A DNA stretch of 64,000 nt from Zootoca vivipara. Lineage: Eukaryota. Positions 11,370 to 22,216 of this stretch are shown piece by piece; within the stretch, counting starts at the first letter, position 1; each line of letters begins with the position of its first letter. The notes beneath the pieces were generated by a model that saw only the letters and a list, made by a program, of their open reading frames with translations, had not been told where the DNA came from and ran no database searches. The position numbers and the translations under genes are program-made. Location of the stretch: positions 6,882,001-6,946,000 of the forward strand of contig NC_083283.1 of NCBI RefSeq assembly GCF_963506605.1, written 5' to 3'.

Positions 11370-13125
11370 ACTCTTCCTCCTTGCTTATTGACTGCCAATG
11401 GCCCTTGGTTTGCTTTATCTTCTAGATTTACTGTTTGTGCTCCAGGTAGAAGTATCAGTAGGATCTGGGAAGATCCACTTGAGGGTCAGCTGAAGGCTGA
11501 GTGTCTGCCAGCAACAGTGCAGCTGCAGGATTAATTCACTTTGCTGGCCCCCATATATTTCCCTGTATGGGAGGTGGGAGGAATTTAGATATCAGGCAAG
11601 CCAGCACATAGGTATAGAAATCTCCCTGATGAGGGTATGACCTTTGAGCTTTGATGTATGCCTTGCTCCGGGGGTGCTGTTTACTGGTCAGCTGGAGTCC
11701 CTCCATTATCATTCCCTGGAGCACCCAGTAACTGAATGAGGAAGCATTTTATTTTGTTTATTCCATGTTGATGTTAGGATTCATTCCTTGTGTTGCAGTC
11801 ATGGGATTGCCTATACTCTGCTGATCCTGAAGTGTGCTGATGGTATCAGTCGCTGTGATGTTTGGGCTGGAGAAAGCTTTTGAATCTCCCGAATGAACGA
11901 CCAGGAGGGAGAGAACATGGCAGTCGGGCATGGGTGTCTCTGCCTGACTCCTACTCGTGTGTAGGACCTCCTGGCAGTTATTACATTCAAAGACAAGTTC
12001 ACTGCTTTTTATTCTGCGTTCAAGGCTGCTACATAACAATGGTTTTCTCCACTAGTGTTTTCCACTGAGGTTTTCTCCACTAGTGTTGTTATTGCCACAT
12101 AATCAAAAACAGGTCTTGCATTTGGCAAAGCAGATGGGAGGGCAGCGGTTTGACCCCATTACTACTCCACTTCTGTTGGAATAACCCAAGAAACTACTTT
12201 CCCCAAATAAATTTTTTAATTCGACTAGCTTTCCTTGTTCAGTGTATCTCCTCATACCAGGAACAATGGCAAAGTAATCATTCTCTTAGCACAGGGAATG
12301 TGCATTAGAAAAAAGTCTTGACTATATTATATGTATTTTCATTATTTTATTATATCATATTTTATTATTTTATGATAGGTATTTGATTATTTATTATCTG
12401 TATTTTTATTTCCTTTCATTTATCACCTTCCTTTGCTCCAACATGGAATCAAAGATGGAATACATATGTTTTCTAGGAGTTCTCCCATCTAGCCACTGAC
12501 CAAACCCAGACCCGCTACACGTCCAGCTAAGGGGTGGCCGCAGGTGCCTTCAGACCATAATCCTGGAAAATGTCATTTTTTTCAGTTATGTAGAGCTGAG
12601 TATAGTACTCTCCTTGTTCCTGGCAGCTGGCAGTGTCTTATACAGCAGTACTAGTGAAAAACAATGACTAAAATAACTACTATTATTCTATTTATAGATA
12701 AGTAGCTGTGTTGGTCTGCCGTAGTTGAAACAAACAAAGAAAAATTCCTTCCAGGAGCACCTCAGAGACTAACTAAGTTTGTCATTGGTATGAGCTTTTG
12801 TGTGCATGCACACTTCTTCAGATACTGTATCCCGAAAGCTCATACCAATGACAAATTTAGTTGGTCTCTAAGGTGCTACTGGAAGGATTTTTTTTTTTAC
12901 TCTTATTCTTTCTGCCTAGACCACTGGCTCTTTCTTCTTGTATTGACTGCCAATGGCTTTTGGTTTGCTTTATTGTCTAGGCTTACTTGTTTCTGCTCCA
13001 GGTAGAAGTATTAGGAGGATCAGGGAAGATCCGCTTGAGGGTCAGCTGAAGGCTGAGTGTCTGCCAGCAATAGTGCAGCTGCAGGATTGATTAAGTATGC
13101 TGGCCTCCATATATTTGCCTATCTT
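11370..13125. repeat. Direct repeat pair (~200 bp) at ~11370-11570 and ~12927-13125
   Basis: Shared ATTGACTGCCAATGGC...CTCCAGGTAGAAGTAT...GAGGGTCAGCTGAAGGCTGAGTGTCTGCCAGCAA...GCAGGATT. Confidence 0.75.
12695..12897. mobile_element. Short Penelope-like insertion (inverted pair)
   Basis: Same repeat family as 10383 and 30324; the inversion is centred on the hammerhead-like motif. Confidence 0.75.
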
Positions 13126-13310
13126 AAAAGGGGCAAGGGTGGCACTGTGGTCTAAGTCACTGAGCCTCTTGGGCTTGCTGATCAGAAGGTTGGCGGTTTG
13201 AATCCTTGCGACAGGAAGAGCTCCTGTTGCTCTGTCCCAGCTCCTGCCAACCTAGTAGTTCGAAAGCATGGCAGTGCAAGTAAATAGGTACTATTGTGAT
13301 GGGAAGGTAA

Positions 13311-14591
13311 TGACTGCTCTACACATTAAATGGGGGCGACCTTTACATGGTCACACACAGCCCCCTGATCCCATTAGGCGACTCCCTGGTAGTTCGGTGC
13401 TGGCACCGCCTTCCCAGGTAGGATGCCAGGGGTCTTCGCCTATCCCAGCCTAGCATCCAATCCTGCTTGGGGAGGTGTTGCCACAGGGTGGCCAGGTAAG
13501 GAGAGGGACTTTCCAGCTCACACAATAGAATTTGAATCTTACCTCCAAGCACTAGTTGGCTCCAGAGCTTCTCCCACCCTCCACACCCTTATTCAAGTTT
13601 CTTTTGCAGGTTAACCTTTTTTCCACAGGTACACAGGGGCTGCTACGTCAAGGTCGCTGTTGAAGGGCCGGAAAGGATTTTCCCTGCATTGGCAGGTTTT
13701 GCCTTTCCCATAGCAATACGTCACAACTTGGCGGTTTCAGGCCTTGGGCGAAATTCTTTGGCGATTTTCCTAGAGGGAGGGGTGTGAAGCGGAGACTTCA
13801 CCCCCTTGCGGCAACAAGATCGGGGTATTGGGGAAAGCGTTGACCATACCATTAGGTGTCATCGCTTCCCCCTTTCAGCGAATGGGGGGCGAGCTCTCTC
13901 TGCTTGAACATATGTTCTCCAGAGCCAGCCCCAACCCCCATGCATTTGGATAACCCCAAAGCCTCCCAGAACCATAGCTGCCAAGTATCCCGTTTCTGCC
14001 GGGAAAACCCCTTTTTTCTTACCATTTCCCGGTGGTCTCCTGTTTAGTTTTTAATCCCGATATTCTCCCTTAAATTGGCTTCTGCCGGCGGCCATTTTTC
14101 TGGTGCCGCTTTGCCCTTCTACGGGCACCAGAAAATGGCACCGCTGGCGCCGGAAGTCGCTTCCGCGCATGACTGGAAATGCATAAAAGCGACTTCCGAT
14201 GGCGCTTTGCCTTTCTATGGGCACCAGAAAATGGCGGCGCCGGAAGTCGCTTTTACGTGTTTCCGGCCATGTGTGGAAGCGACTTCCGGTGCTGGCCCCG
14301 CCATTTTCTGGTGCCCATAGAAGGGCAAAGCGCCACCGGAAGTTGCGTTCACACAACTTCCGGTGTGCGCGCGCTGCAGATCCCGGATCTTTCCGTCCAG
14401 GACTTGGCAGGTATGCCCAGAACCCCGGCTGGGGTCTGGGGAGGATAATGCCCAATGCCTGAGCCAAGGTCTCCCTACATCTGAATCTTAATAAAGTTGT
14501 GGCCAATTTGAATCCCATAGCACATTGTATTGCGTCATTATCCCACTCAGGGGGTCGCCTGGGATTTGGGGGACTCCGCCTGTCCACGGAA
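13311..14591 (+). mobile_element. Non-coding insertion element, probably a solo repeat of an Ngaro/DIRS-like tyrosine-recombinase retrotransposon (830 bp after removing the nested MITE)
   Basis: Precisely interrupts a SINE with no TSD beyond AA. Shares AGCAATAYGTCACAACTTG, AATAAAGTTGTGGCC and an ACG(G/C)AA end with 56188-57056. The family assignment is inference. Confidence 0.6.
13973..14415. mobile_element. hAT MITE with internal GC-rich repeats
   Basis: TIRs CATAGCTGCCAAGT / ACTTGGCAGGTATG and a perfect 8-bp TSD CCCAGAAC; repeated CCGGAAGTCGC and GGGCACCAGAAAATGGC units. Confidence 0.85.
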
Positions 14592-15309
14592 ATGGCATTT
14601 CTGTTCACACTGGTTTCCGTCACAGTGTTCCGTTGCACCAGAAGTGGTTTAGTCATGCTGGCCACATGACCCAGAAAGCTGTCTGTGGACAAACGCCAGC
14701 TCCCTCGGCCTGAAACGAGATGAGCGCCACAACCCCATAGTCGCCTTTGACTGGACTTAACCATCCAGGGGTCCTTCACCTTTCCTATTTCCTAAGAAAC
14801 ACTTGAGATGTTGCTGATCCTATGTCTTCCACAAGCTTGCCCTTCAGTTCACCAAAATCACCACCTTGTGAAAGTATTGTTTTAATACAATTGTTACAAC
14901 GACATGTTTAGGCAGCATACTATGAGGGAAATATGCATAGTCAATTTGCAACATGCTTTGCATTTACACAGAAATATGTTAGCAGTTTAGAAATCCCAAG
15001 AAAAATAAATCAATATTAGGAATATGTTTTCCATGTGATGTAGACGCCAGTTCAACTGAAACATGGAGGTTATCTGTGATCCATGGAATGGAGGTTATCT
15101 GTGATCAATATGCCTAATGCTCTGAGAAGAATGTCAATCAACTCTACAGTAAGTCAGGTACGGCAGGTGTGGCAATTTTTCCACTGTCTTGTGGAATCAT
15201 TTGCAGTTGATGTGGCCTGATGATGTCTACAAGATACTTGTGTTGTGGCTTTTCATCTGACGATGTGCCCTTTGGATCTCTGTCCATCCTAGCTGGTGAA
15301 AGCCAGCTG

Positions 15310-15311
<2 letters not shown>

Positions 15312-15357
<46 letters not shown>
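15312..15357. repeat. (GT)n microsatellite
   Basis: Direct observation. Confidence 0.95.
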
Positions 15358-15358
<1 letters not shown>

Positions 15359-15439
15359 ATTGGATTCAGGGTTTAGCAAACACTTCATTGCCTGATGGGG
15401 ATAGTGCATTCCATTTGGGGATAAGGTAGTGGAGATAGT

Positions 15440-15656
15440 TGTCAGGATTACGGTCTCCCTCTCAAACGTGTCTGAAAGCTGTGCCTGTTCTTCCTGCCTT
15501 CCCTCTCCCTGTGAATTAATGACAGGCATTCTAGGAGAGGAGGGGCTCAATTCTCCCTCTGCCTGTACAGAGAGCAAGCTTTCGTCCCTTTCTGCCTCCC
15601 CTGCCCCTATCTCCTAATCTTCTCCGCTTTCACTCTGGGAATGAACAATCCTGACA
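15440..15656. mobile_element. Possible degenerate Gypsy LTR fragment
   Basis: Bounded by TGTCAGGATT...AATCCTGACA; no clear TSD. Confidence 0.35.
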
Positions 15657-16038
15657 GTCCTGGTAGTTTAATCCCCTCCAGCTGTTCCTGGAGTGACATT
15701 TTATCACAATTTCAATCTGGGTCCAGGACTGAGAGAAGGAGCATGATGCTGCTTCTCTTTGCAGCTTTTGATAACATTGAACATGATATCCTGCTGGACC
15801 AGCTCTGTGGGATGGGTCAGATTTAGATAGTCACATTGAAGGCTGCTCCTTCAGACCCCACTACATTATACATTTCTACAGGGCTATCCAATGTCAATCT
15901 ATTTAAGTTTTTACAAAGCACACACCAGAATCCTTAGCACTAGAATGTGGAGCACAGAAGCTCTGTTGAAGCTCTTGAGAGAAATATCGTGTACAAAAAT
16001 ACCGAATGAAAAAAAAATAAACGATATAGGCATCATAA

Positions 16039-17004
16039 CTAGGTTTCAAGTTCCTCTCTACTCTCTCCCTCCTCCACAAAGATTTTCTTTAGTATACTCT
16101 CCATGCTCCTCCTAGTTTTGTCCCTCCTCTGTCTCCCAACCAGGAAATAGATCAATGGATTAACACTGCTGTTTAGGCAGGCACAGAAGTAGCCATAACG
16201 CATAATATAGGAGGGCAAGTGCTGATTAAGCATTTTCATAAAGTGAAAAACATTCAGCGGGAAAGAAAAAATGAGAAAGAAGAGCAGAGTCAGCAATATG
16301 GCTACCAAACGTTTTCCTCGCTGGTACGGTTGTGACTTAAAATAGACTTTGATGAACAGAGTCAGAGTCGAGATAGTCAGGAGTGGGAGACAGATGGTGC
16401 CATTTATGATGATCTGCAAGGGTCTTAAGGAATAATATTCAAATTTATGTGTCAGGAAAAGAGTGAAGTGAATTGCAGGGAGAAGAAGGGACAGGATCCA
16501 CAACAGGGCAGAGACGGTGCTGGATAAGTGTGTTGGCCGGTGGCATCGATACCAAAGTGGGAAGAGGACAGACAGACACCTGTCAATGCTGATGACAGTC
16601 AGCAGAAATTGGCCAGCACTGTACATGAACAGGAAGAGGTCATTGAACAGTACACTTACAAGGTCGCGATACGAATTAGATATGCTCCAGTATGTTAGTA
16701 GAATACTTTCAACAATGAGCAACCCAATGTCGGCAGCGGAGAGGTTTACAATGTATGTCGAGAAAGTGTTCCTCTTAATGCGGACGCCAAGCAGCCAGAT
16801 GACAGTCCCGTTGCCCCACAGCCCAAACACGATGAAGGGAAGAGTGGTGGTGAAAAAAATAAGTGTTTCTAAATTATATTTAGCAATCGATCCTGGATCC
16901 TCGTTGTTGGTAGCATTGTTTGGAAGCTCAGTGCCGTTGTATGTCGCTGGATATCCTTTGCTGACATCTGGATGAGGCAAGGATGGCTGAATGAAATTAG
17001 CCAT
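16039..17004 (-). CDS. Mas-related GPCR, 321 aa
   Basis: GLWGNGTVIWLL, VNLSAAD, SIDRCLSVLFPLWYRCHRP, FSFP, NSSVNPLIYF. ATG at 17004 (the ORF track starts at an upstream TTG). Confidence 0.93.
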   Translation of the reverse strand: MANFIQPSLPHPDVSKGYPATYNGTELPNNATNNEDPGSIAKYNLETLIFFTTTLPFIVFGLWGNGTVIWLLGVRIKRNTFSTYIVNLSAADIGLLIVESILLTYWSISNSYRDLVSVLFNDLFLFMYSAGQFLLTVISIDRCLSVLFPLWYRCHRPTHLSSTVSALLWILSLLLPAIHFTLFLTHKFEYYSLRPLQIIINGTICLPLLTISTLTLFIKVYFKSQPYQRGKRLVAILLTLLFFLIFSFPLNVFHFMKMLNQHLPSYIMRYGYFCACLNSSVNPLIYFLVGRQRRDKTRRSMESILKKIFVEEGESREELET

Positions 17005-18838
17005 TCTGTTCAAATTTTGCTTTCGGGTTCTTCTGCTGTAGAATCACCTCCTAAAAGAACAGAGAGAGGGGTGGGGTTGGAGTCAGTCCCTGTACTGAGC
17101 TGGACAAATAGATGTCAGGGAAGGCTGGCATGCTTTGCCTCATGTTTTTGCTGGCATGTTTTAGCTGATATTTTTAAATGGAAGAACTTGTGGGCAAGAG
17201 AGAGGGGGGAGCGTTTTCTCTGGTGGTTCCATGTCTCTGGAACACTTTACTTATTGGCTTTGCGCCATTCTTTTTGGAAGGCTATGTCAGCAGCATTTTA
17301 GAAAAGCAACATTATTCAGCTGTGGGGGCATTTTACTGCTTATTTTATGAGCAATGTTTGTAGAATTTATTTGGATACTGTAAGTCTTTTGGAGTTTGGG
17401 GCGGCTAATTTATTCTGTTACTTTTGTCAGTAGGCAAACTAGGTTGGATGAATTTTTGTTCAGAAACACACATGCACACACACACATAAACACATAAACA
17501 CACATGGATTTCCATGTCATCATCAGACGTCATTATACCGGTGTGTACTTCCCTGCATTCTTCTTTACTTCCCTTCTTCCTATTCCCCTTCTGGTTTGTC
17601 ATTAGGATGAAAATGACCTGCATTCCTTAGCAAAATTAGCTGCCTTTCTGTGTCTCCCTTAGTCTCCATTTTCTCTTCTTTTTCTGTTACCTCCTTATCT
17701 CCAGTTTCCCTTTACAATGCTTCCTCCCTTCTTCTGCCCCATGAACCCAGCAGCAACATCTCCCCAACCATTTCCTTCAACCTTCTGTAGAAGTGTTGAG
17801 AGGCTTCAGAACCCTTTGCATTTTTCTGCAGCCTCATTTCCAGTCTGTCTGAGCCCTCCTGGTTGATTGGAACACTACCCAGGAGGCAGCTCAACAGTTG
17901 TAGTCTCCATGCTCTCCAGACACGCAACATTTCACACAAAACCCTCTCTTTGCTTTAGGATACATATGTTTCCCCTTTCAGTATGCAAAGTTTTCCATGT
18001 TGTTGTTGGCATCTGCCAATCTCAGGATTCTATGGAGTGTGCCTTTGGGGGTGAAGTCAAACCAATGGAAAATTACAGGACCTGGTGTGGTTGTAGAGAC
18101 TGATATGGGAGAGACCCATTGCATTGCAAGTGGGGCAGATGAAGGGATATGCTGTTACTTACATTGTCTTTACAAAACCCAGAGTGGCCATTAAACCCTT
18201 CTCATGTTTACTCCATTGAATTAGGGACCACTCCTAACTATATATGTATAGCCTGTTACAGGGACTATTGACAAAAAGTTTTTCCTTGTCTCTGACGGGC
18301 AAATCAAACTTCTCCATTGAGATATAAAATGAGATAATGCAATCCTGTAACTTTTTAAGCACCAGTGTTTAAAACTTTTTAAGCACCAGGAGTTGGTTTT
18401 TTTGCTCAAATTTTGTTGTGTTATAGTCCCTCCAGACAGCAATAATGTGGTAGCATTTGGGAAGTATCACAGGACAACTCATAAAGCGGAATAAACCCAA
18501 ATGTTATACACTATTATTGTAGGAAGAACATGTTGCGGAAAGCAGACATAACAAAACATTTAGTCTGCCGGGGGCTGAAGACACAAGTTTAATGTCAGCA
18601 GTGAAAAATATAACTTGGAAAGGAAGAGATGAATATGAGCGAAGGCATTTTAAAATGATTTTTTTTCTTCCTCTTAGTAAGGAAAATGACTAAGAGATTC
18701 AGCCAAAAGCTTTACAGAACTTTTACTTTATTTTTTTGAGGAGGGGTGTGGTGGAACAAAGAAAGGCAGATTGAAATAGAGACAAGAACCACTGATAATT
18801 TCCCATCAAGAAAAGATTCCATGCACAGAAAGTCCTAC

Positions 18839-19140
18839 CTTTGTCCAATCACATCTGTTTTCCAGGAAATGGGAGCAGAGAGACTTGCGATATTCTGATT
18901 GTAGAATTTCAGGGTCTCGGTCACAACCTCTTCTCTGCATTCAACACATATTGTACATCCACCACTGAACACAAAATCTTGAGCAGATAATGTCAGGGAG
19001 TGCTTTGTGTTCAATAAGGGCAGGGGTGCAGAATTCATATCCTGTTAAAATGTTCATATCCATTAGTTGGTGTCCCAATTAGTCATGGGCAGGTCTCTAT
19101 TTTCTCAACCTAGATACTTCAGCAATCTCATGTGTGTTCA
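18839..19140 (-). promoter_or_regulatory. Putative 5' exon and promoter of the MRGPR at 16039-17004
   Basis: Minus-strand donor AAG|GTAGG at 18839; block conserved with 1439-1720. Confidence 0.45.
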
Positions 19141-19374
19141 GGAAATTGCTTATTGAAGTCTCAAGAGACATATGCACTTTATGCTTTCAAGTGTTTTTTG
19201 AGGGCTCTTGCTCATCTGCAGAGCTTGGCATGCAGAATGTCCTGGATTCACTCAGTGTCAGCTCCAGGTACGGATAGGAATGATTCCTGCCGATATCCTT
19301 CCTGGTCAGTGTCAGCAATCTGAGCTAGGTAGAATTATGGTCTGACCATGTACAAGGCAGTTTCCTATATTTAT

Positions 19375-19743
19375 TTAAAAAGCAGAGACATCACCTTGCC
19401 GACAAAGGTCCATATAGTTAAAGCTATAGTTTTCCCTATCCATTCTGAAGGAAATCAGCCCTGAGTGCTCACTGGAAGGACAGATCCTGAAGCTGAGGCT
19501 CCAATACTTTGGCCACCTCATGAGAAGAGAAGACTCCCTGGAAAAGACCCTGATGTTGGGAAGGATGGAGGGCACTAGGAGAAGGGGACGACAGAGGACG
19601 AGATGGTTGGACAGTCTTCTGGAAGCTACGAATATGAGCTTGACCAAGCTGTGGGAGGCAGTGGAAGACAGGAGTGTCTGGCGTGCTCTGGTCCATGGGG
19701 TCACGAAGAGTCAGACATGACTAAACAACTAAACACAACAACA
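19375..19743 (+). mobile_element. BovB (RTE) LINE 3' fragment with internal deletion
   Basis: MRREDSLEKTLMLGRMEGTRRRGRQRTRWLD...WRALVHGVTKS; (CAA)-type tail. Confidence 0.9.
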
Positions 19744-20322
19744 GCTGGTTAACATGGTCATATGCACACAACAAACTCAAAGATATACATGCTAATGTAT
19801 TTATTTATTATTTCATAATATTCATACACTGCTTGATGGTAGAAAATCTCAAAGCAGTTTACAGAAATGTAAGAGGCATCATTAAAACAAAAAACCATAC
19901 AATTTTTAAAGGCATCCTGAAGAGTTGGGAAGATCTCCTTCCTTCATTTACTGTTCATGGTGATGTCATATAGCAGTAGCATCACTGGAAACTGGAGGAA
20001 CCTTGTATCCCCCTGATCAGTGTGGGCAGGTTTTCCACACCCCAGTTCCCCTAAGACGAAGATGTACTGCCCAGTAGCAGCAGTATCAATGGGATGTAAA
20101 GGATAGGAGGGTGGGCTTTTTATTTATTTTGGATTCTCCCCTGTACATTGCTCATGATATTTAGTCTGCCAAGTTTCTTCCCCTTGAGCAGTAAGGCAAA
20201 TGTCATTCCATTCCTCTATGACTCCTCTGTTACAACTCAGTTCACATTCTCTGCACATCTCCTACATGTCCTCTTTCCAAAACTCAGCTGCCTGAAGAAA
20301 TCACTTCTTCCACCACTCACAA

Positions 20323-20558
20323 CAGTGGTACCTCGGGTTACAGACACTTCAGGTTACAGACACTTCAGGTTACAGACTCCGCTAACCCAGAAATAGTACC
20401 TCGGCTTAAGAACTGTGCTTCAGGATGAGAACAGAAATCGTGTGGCTGCGGCGCAGCGGGAGGCCCCATTAGCTAAAGTGGCACCTCAGGTTTAGAATGG
20501 TTTCAGGTTAAGAACAGACCTCCGGAATGAATTAAGTTCTTAATCAGAGGTACCACTG
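20323..20558. mobile_element. Tigger-like MITE (with a second fragment at ~20620-20684)
   Basis: TIRs CAGTGGTACCTC / GAGGTACCACTG followed by TA. Confidence 0.8.
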
Positions 20559-21712
20559 TATCTACTATTTGGGGGTGAGGGGAATAAACCGTATTGTTGA
20601 TTCTGCACTCCGATACACAAGAACAGTTTCAGGTTAAGAACAGACCTCCAGAACGAATTAAGTTCTTTACCCGAGATACCACTGTATTTGGATTCGCCCC
20701 TCCCCCCAGTTTAATTCATGGGATTTCTAGACCTTCCCACCTGCAGCAGGAATGCCTTAACCTTAATTTTAATGCCTCCCTCCCCCCACCACACACACTT
20801 CTGCCCTTACTGCTTTGTAAGTTAGTGGCAATTGTTACTTCCTCTCCAAATCTACCAACCGCAACTGACTAAAGCCCACCTACTTCATTAAAGAGCTCTG
20901 CTCATTCCCTGTTGATGAGCTCAAAACATGGAACTCCCCACCCTTAAGTATCTATCCAAGACGGAACCTTTTGCAAGGTTGCAATACAGAAGTAGGTGGG
21001 CACGGGAAACTTCTTCATGTTCCAGGGTTTTCATTTTTCAGGTTACCCCCCCCAAAAAAAAGTGGGCTTCAGAAGGCATATGGTGGCTTTGCAGGGATTG
21101 AACTAAATGACCCTTAGGGTCCCTTCCACCTCTACAATTCTGTGATTCTATGATTCCAAGTCAAAACGATTTTGGCCATACTAGTGGAGTTTGTGCCAAA
21201 TAGAAACTGTCTTCAGTCACGGGAAAACACTGCAAACTCATCTGTATAAGCTCAAGCGAGATGTGAATATTGAATACAAATTAAATAGGCTACAGGAAAT
21301 GCAACCTGAAGTTATGGACATTTGCTTAGTAGAATCTAGAATGCCATAGCATAAACTAGATAAAAGTAATGGTATTTTGGGATCATCAGCACCTCGTTTC
21401 AACAGAGGTCTCCGCTTCCCCTGTTGAGCTTTCCTCCTCCTTGAAAACATTCTGTAGGATAGCTTTCATACTCTTCCTGGGTCTGCCTCTCTTCTGTCTC
21501 CCAAGCAGGAAATAGATCAAAGGGTTAACACTGCTGTTCAGGCAGGAAAATAAGTAGACATAATTTGAAGAAAAGGTAGAGGCTGAACCAGAAACATAAA
21601 GGCTTATGTAATGGGCATTCAGTGGAAATGAAAAAATGATGAAGCAAAGAAGAGCAAGCAAGATGGCTATTAGAGCTTTCCCCTGCCTTCGCTGTTGTGA
21701 TTTGAAGGAGAC

Positions 21713-22088
21713 TGTTATGTACTGAGCTGAATCCTAGAACAATAGGATTCAGAATCAGCGGGAGCTACCCAATCCAACTCCAGGTGGAAGTGAATCCGCA
21801 ACCTGATTGGCCTGCTGGAGCAGCCAATCAGGCGGCTGGCAGAAGTGAATCTGCTACCTGATTGGCCTGTAGGAGCAGCCAATCAGGCTGCAGGCAGAAG
21901 TCAATCCACAATATAATTGGCCCACAGGTGTAGCCCTGAAGTAGCCAATCACGCAAGGCCCATTGTGTAAATAATGTATATAAGCAGATGGTTTTGGGAA
22001 AAGAGCCACTCGTCTTCTCTTCTCCTCCTTGATGACTATGAGCTGAATAAAGAGCATGAAATTCACTCTCGACTCCGAGTATATTTCA
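21713..22088 (+). repeat. 5' LTR
   Basis: TGTTATGT...ATATTTCA; CCAAT boxes, TATATAA and AATAAA; identical by eye to 26298-26673. Confidence 0.95.
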
Positions 22089-22089
22089 C

Positions 22090-22107
22090 TGGCGACGAAG
22101 GTGGGAT
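22090..22107 (+). promoter_or_regulatory. Primer binding site, complementary to a tRNA-Ser(GCT)-like 3' end
   Basis: TGGCGACGAAGGTGGGAT directly after the LTR. The tRNA identity is recalled from vertebrate tRNA-Ser(GCT) ends, not searched. Confidence 0.75.
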
Positions 22108-22216
22108 CCTGCTGAGCTGACCGCCACCACGCACTGCACCGCAGCACCGCCACCTGCTGCACCGCTGCATCGCACCGTGCATCCAGGCTTCAGCTCCAGG
22201 ACCCAAGGAACCCAGA

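Larger units (their letters stand above)
13129..14783 (+). mobile_element. Sauria SINE (longer subfamily) split by an insertion
   Basis: 5' part 13129-13310 ends GGGAAGGTAA; 3' part resumes at 14592 ATGGCATTTC and ends CAGGGGTCCTTCACCTTT. Confidence 0.85.

Noticed and set aside
11758-12039. 93-aa ORF as a coding exon
   Set aside because: No recognisable domain or convincing splice context.
14085-14365. CRISPR-like repeat array (also 56348-56445, 60990-61170, 51619-51673)
   Set aside because: Eukaryotic TE-internal or simple tandem repeats without unique regular spacers or cas genes.
14051-14779. 242-aa ORF
   Set aside because: It runs across a SINE, the insert and a GC-rich MITE, with no recognisable domain.
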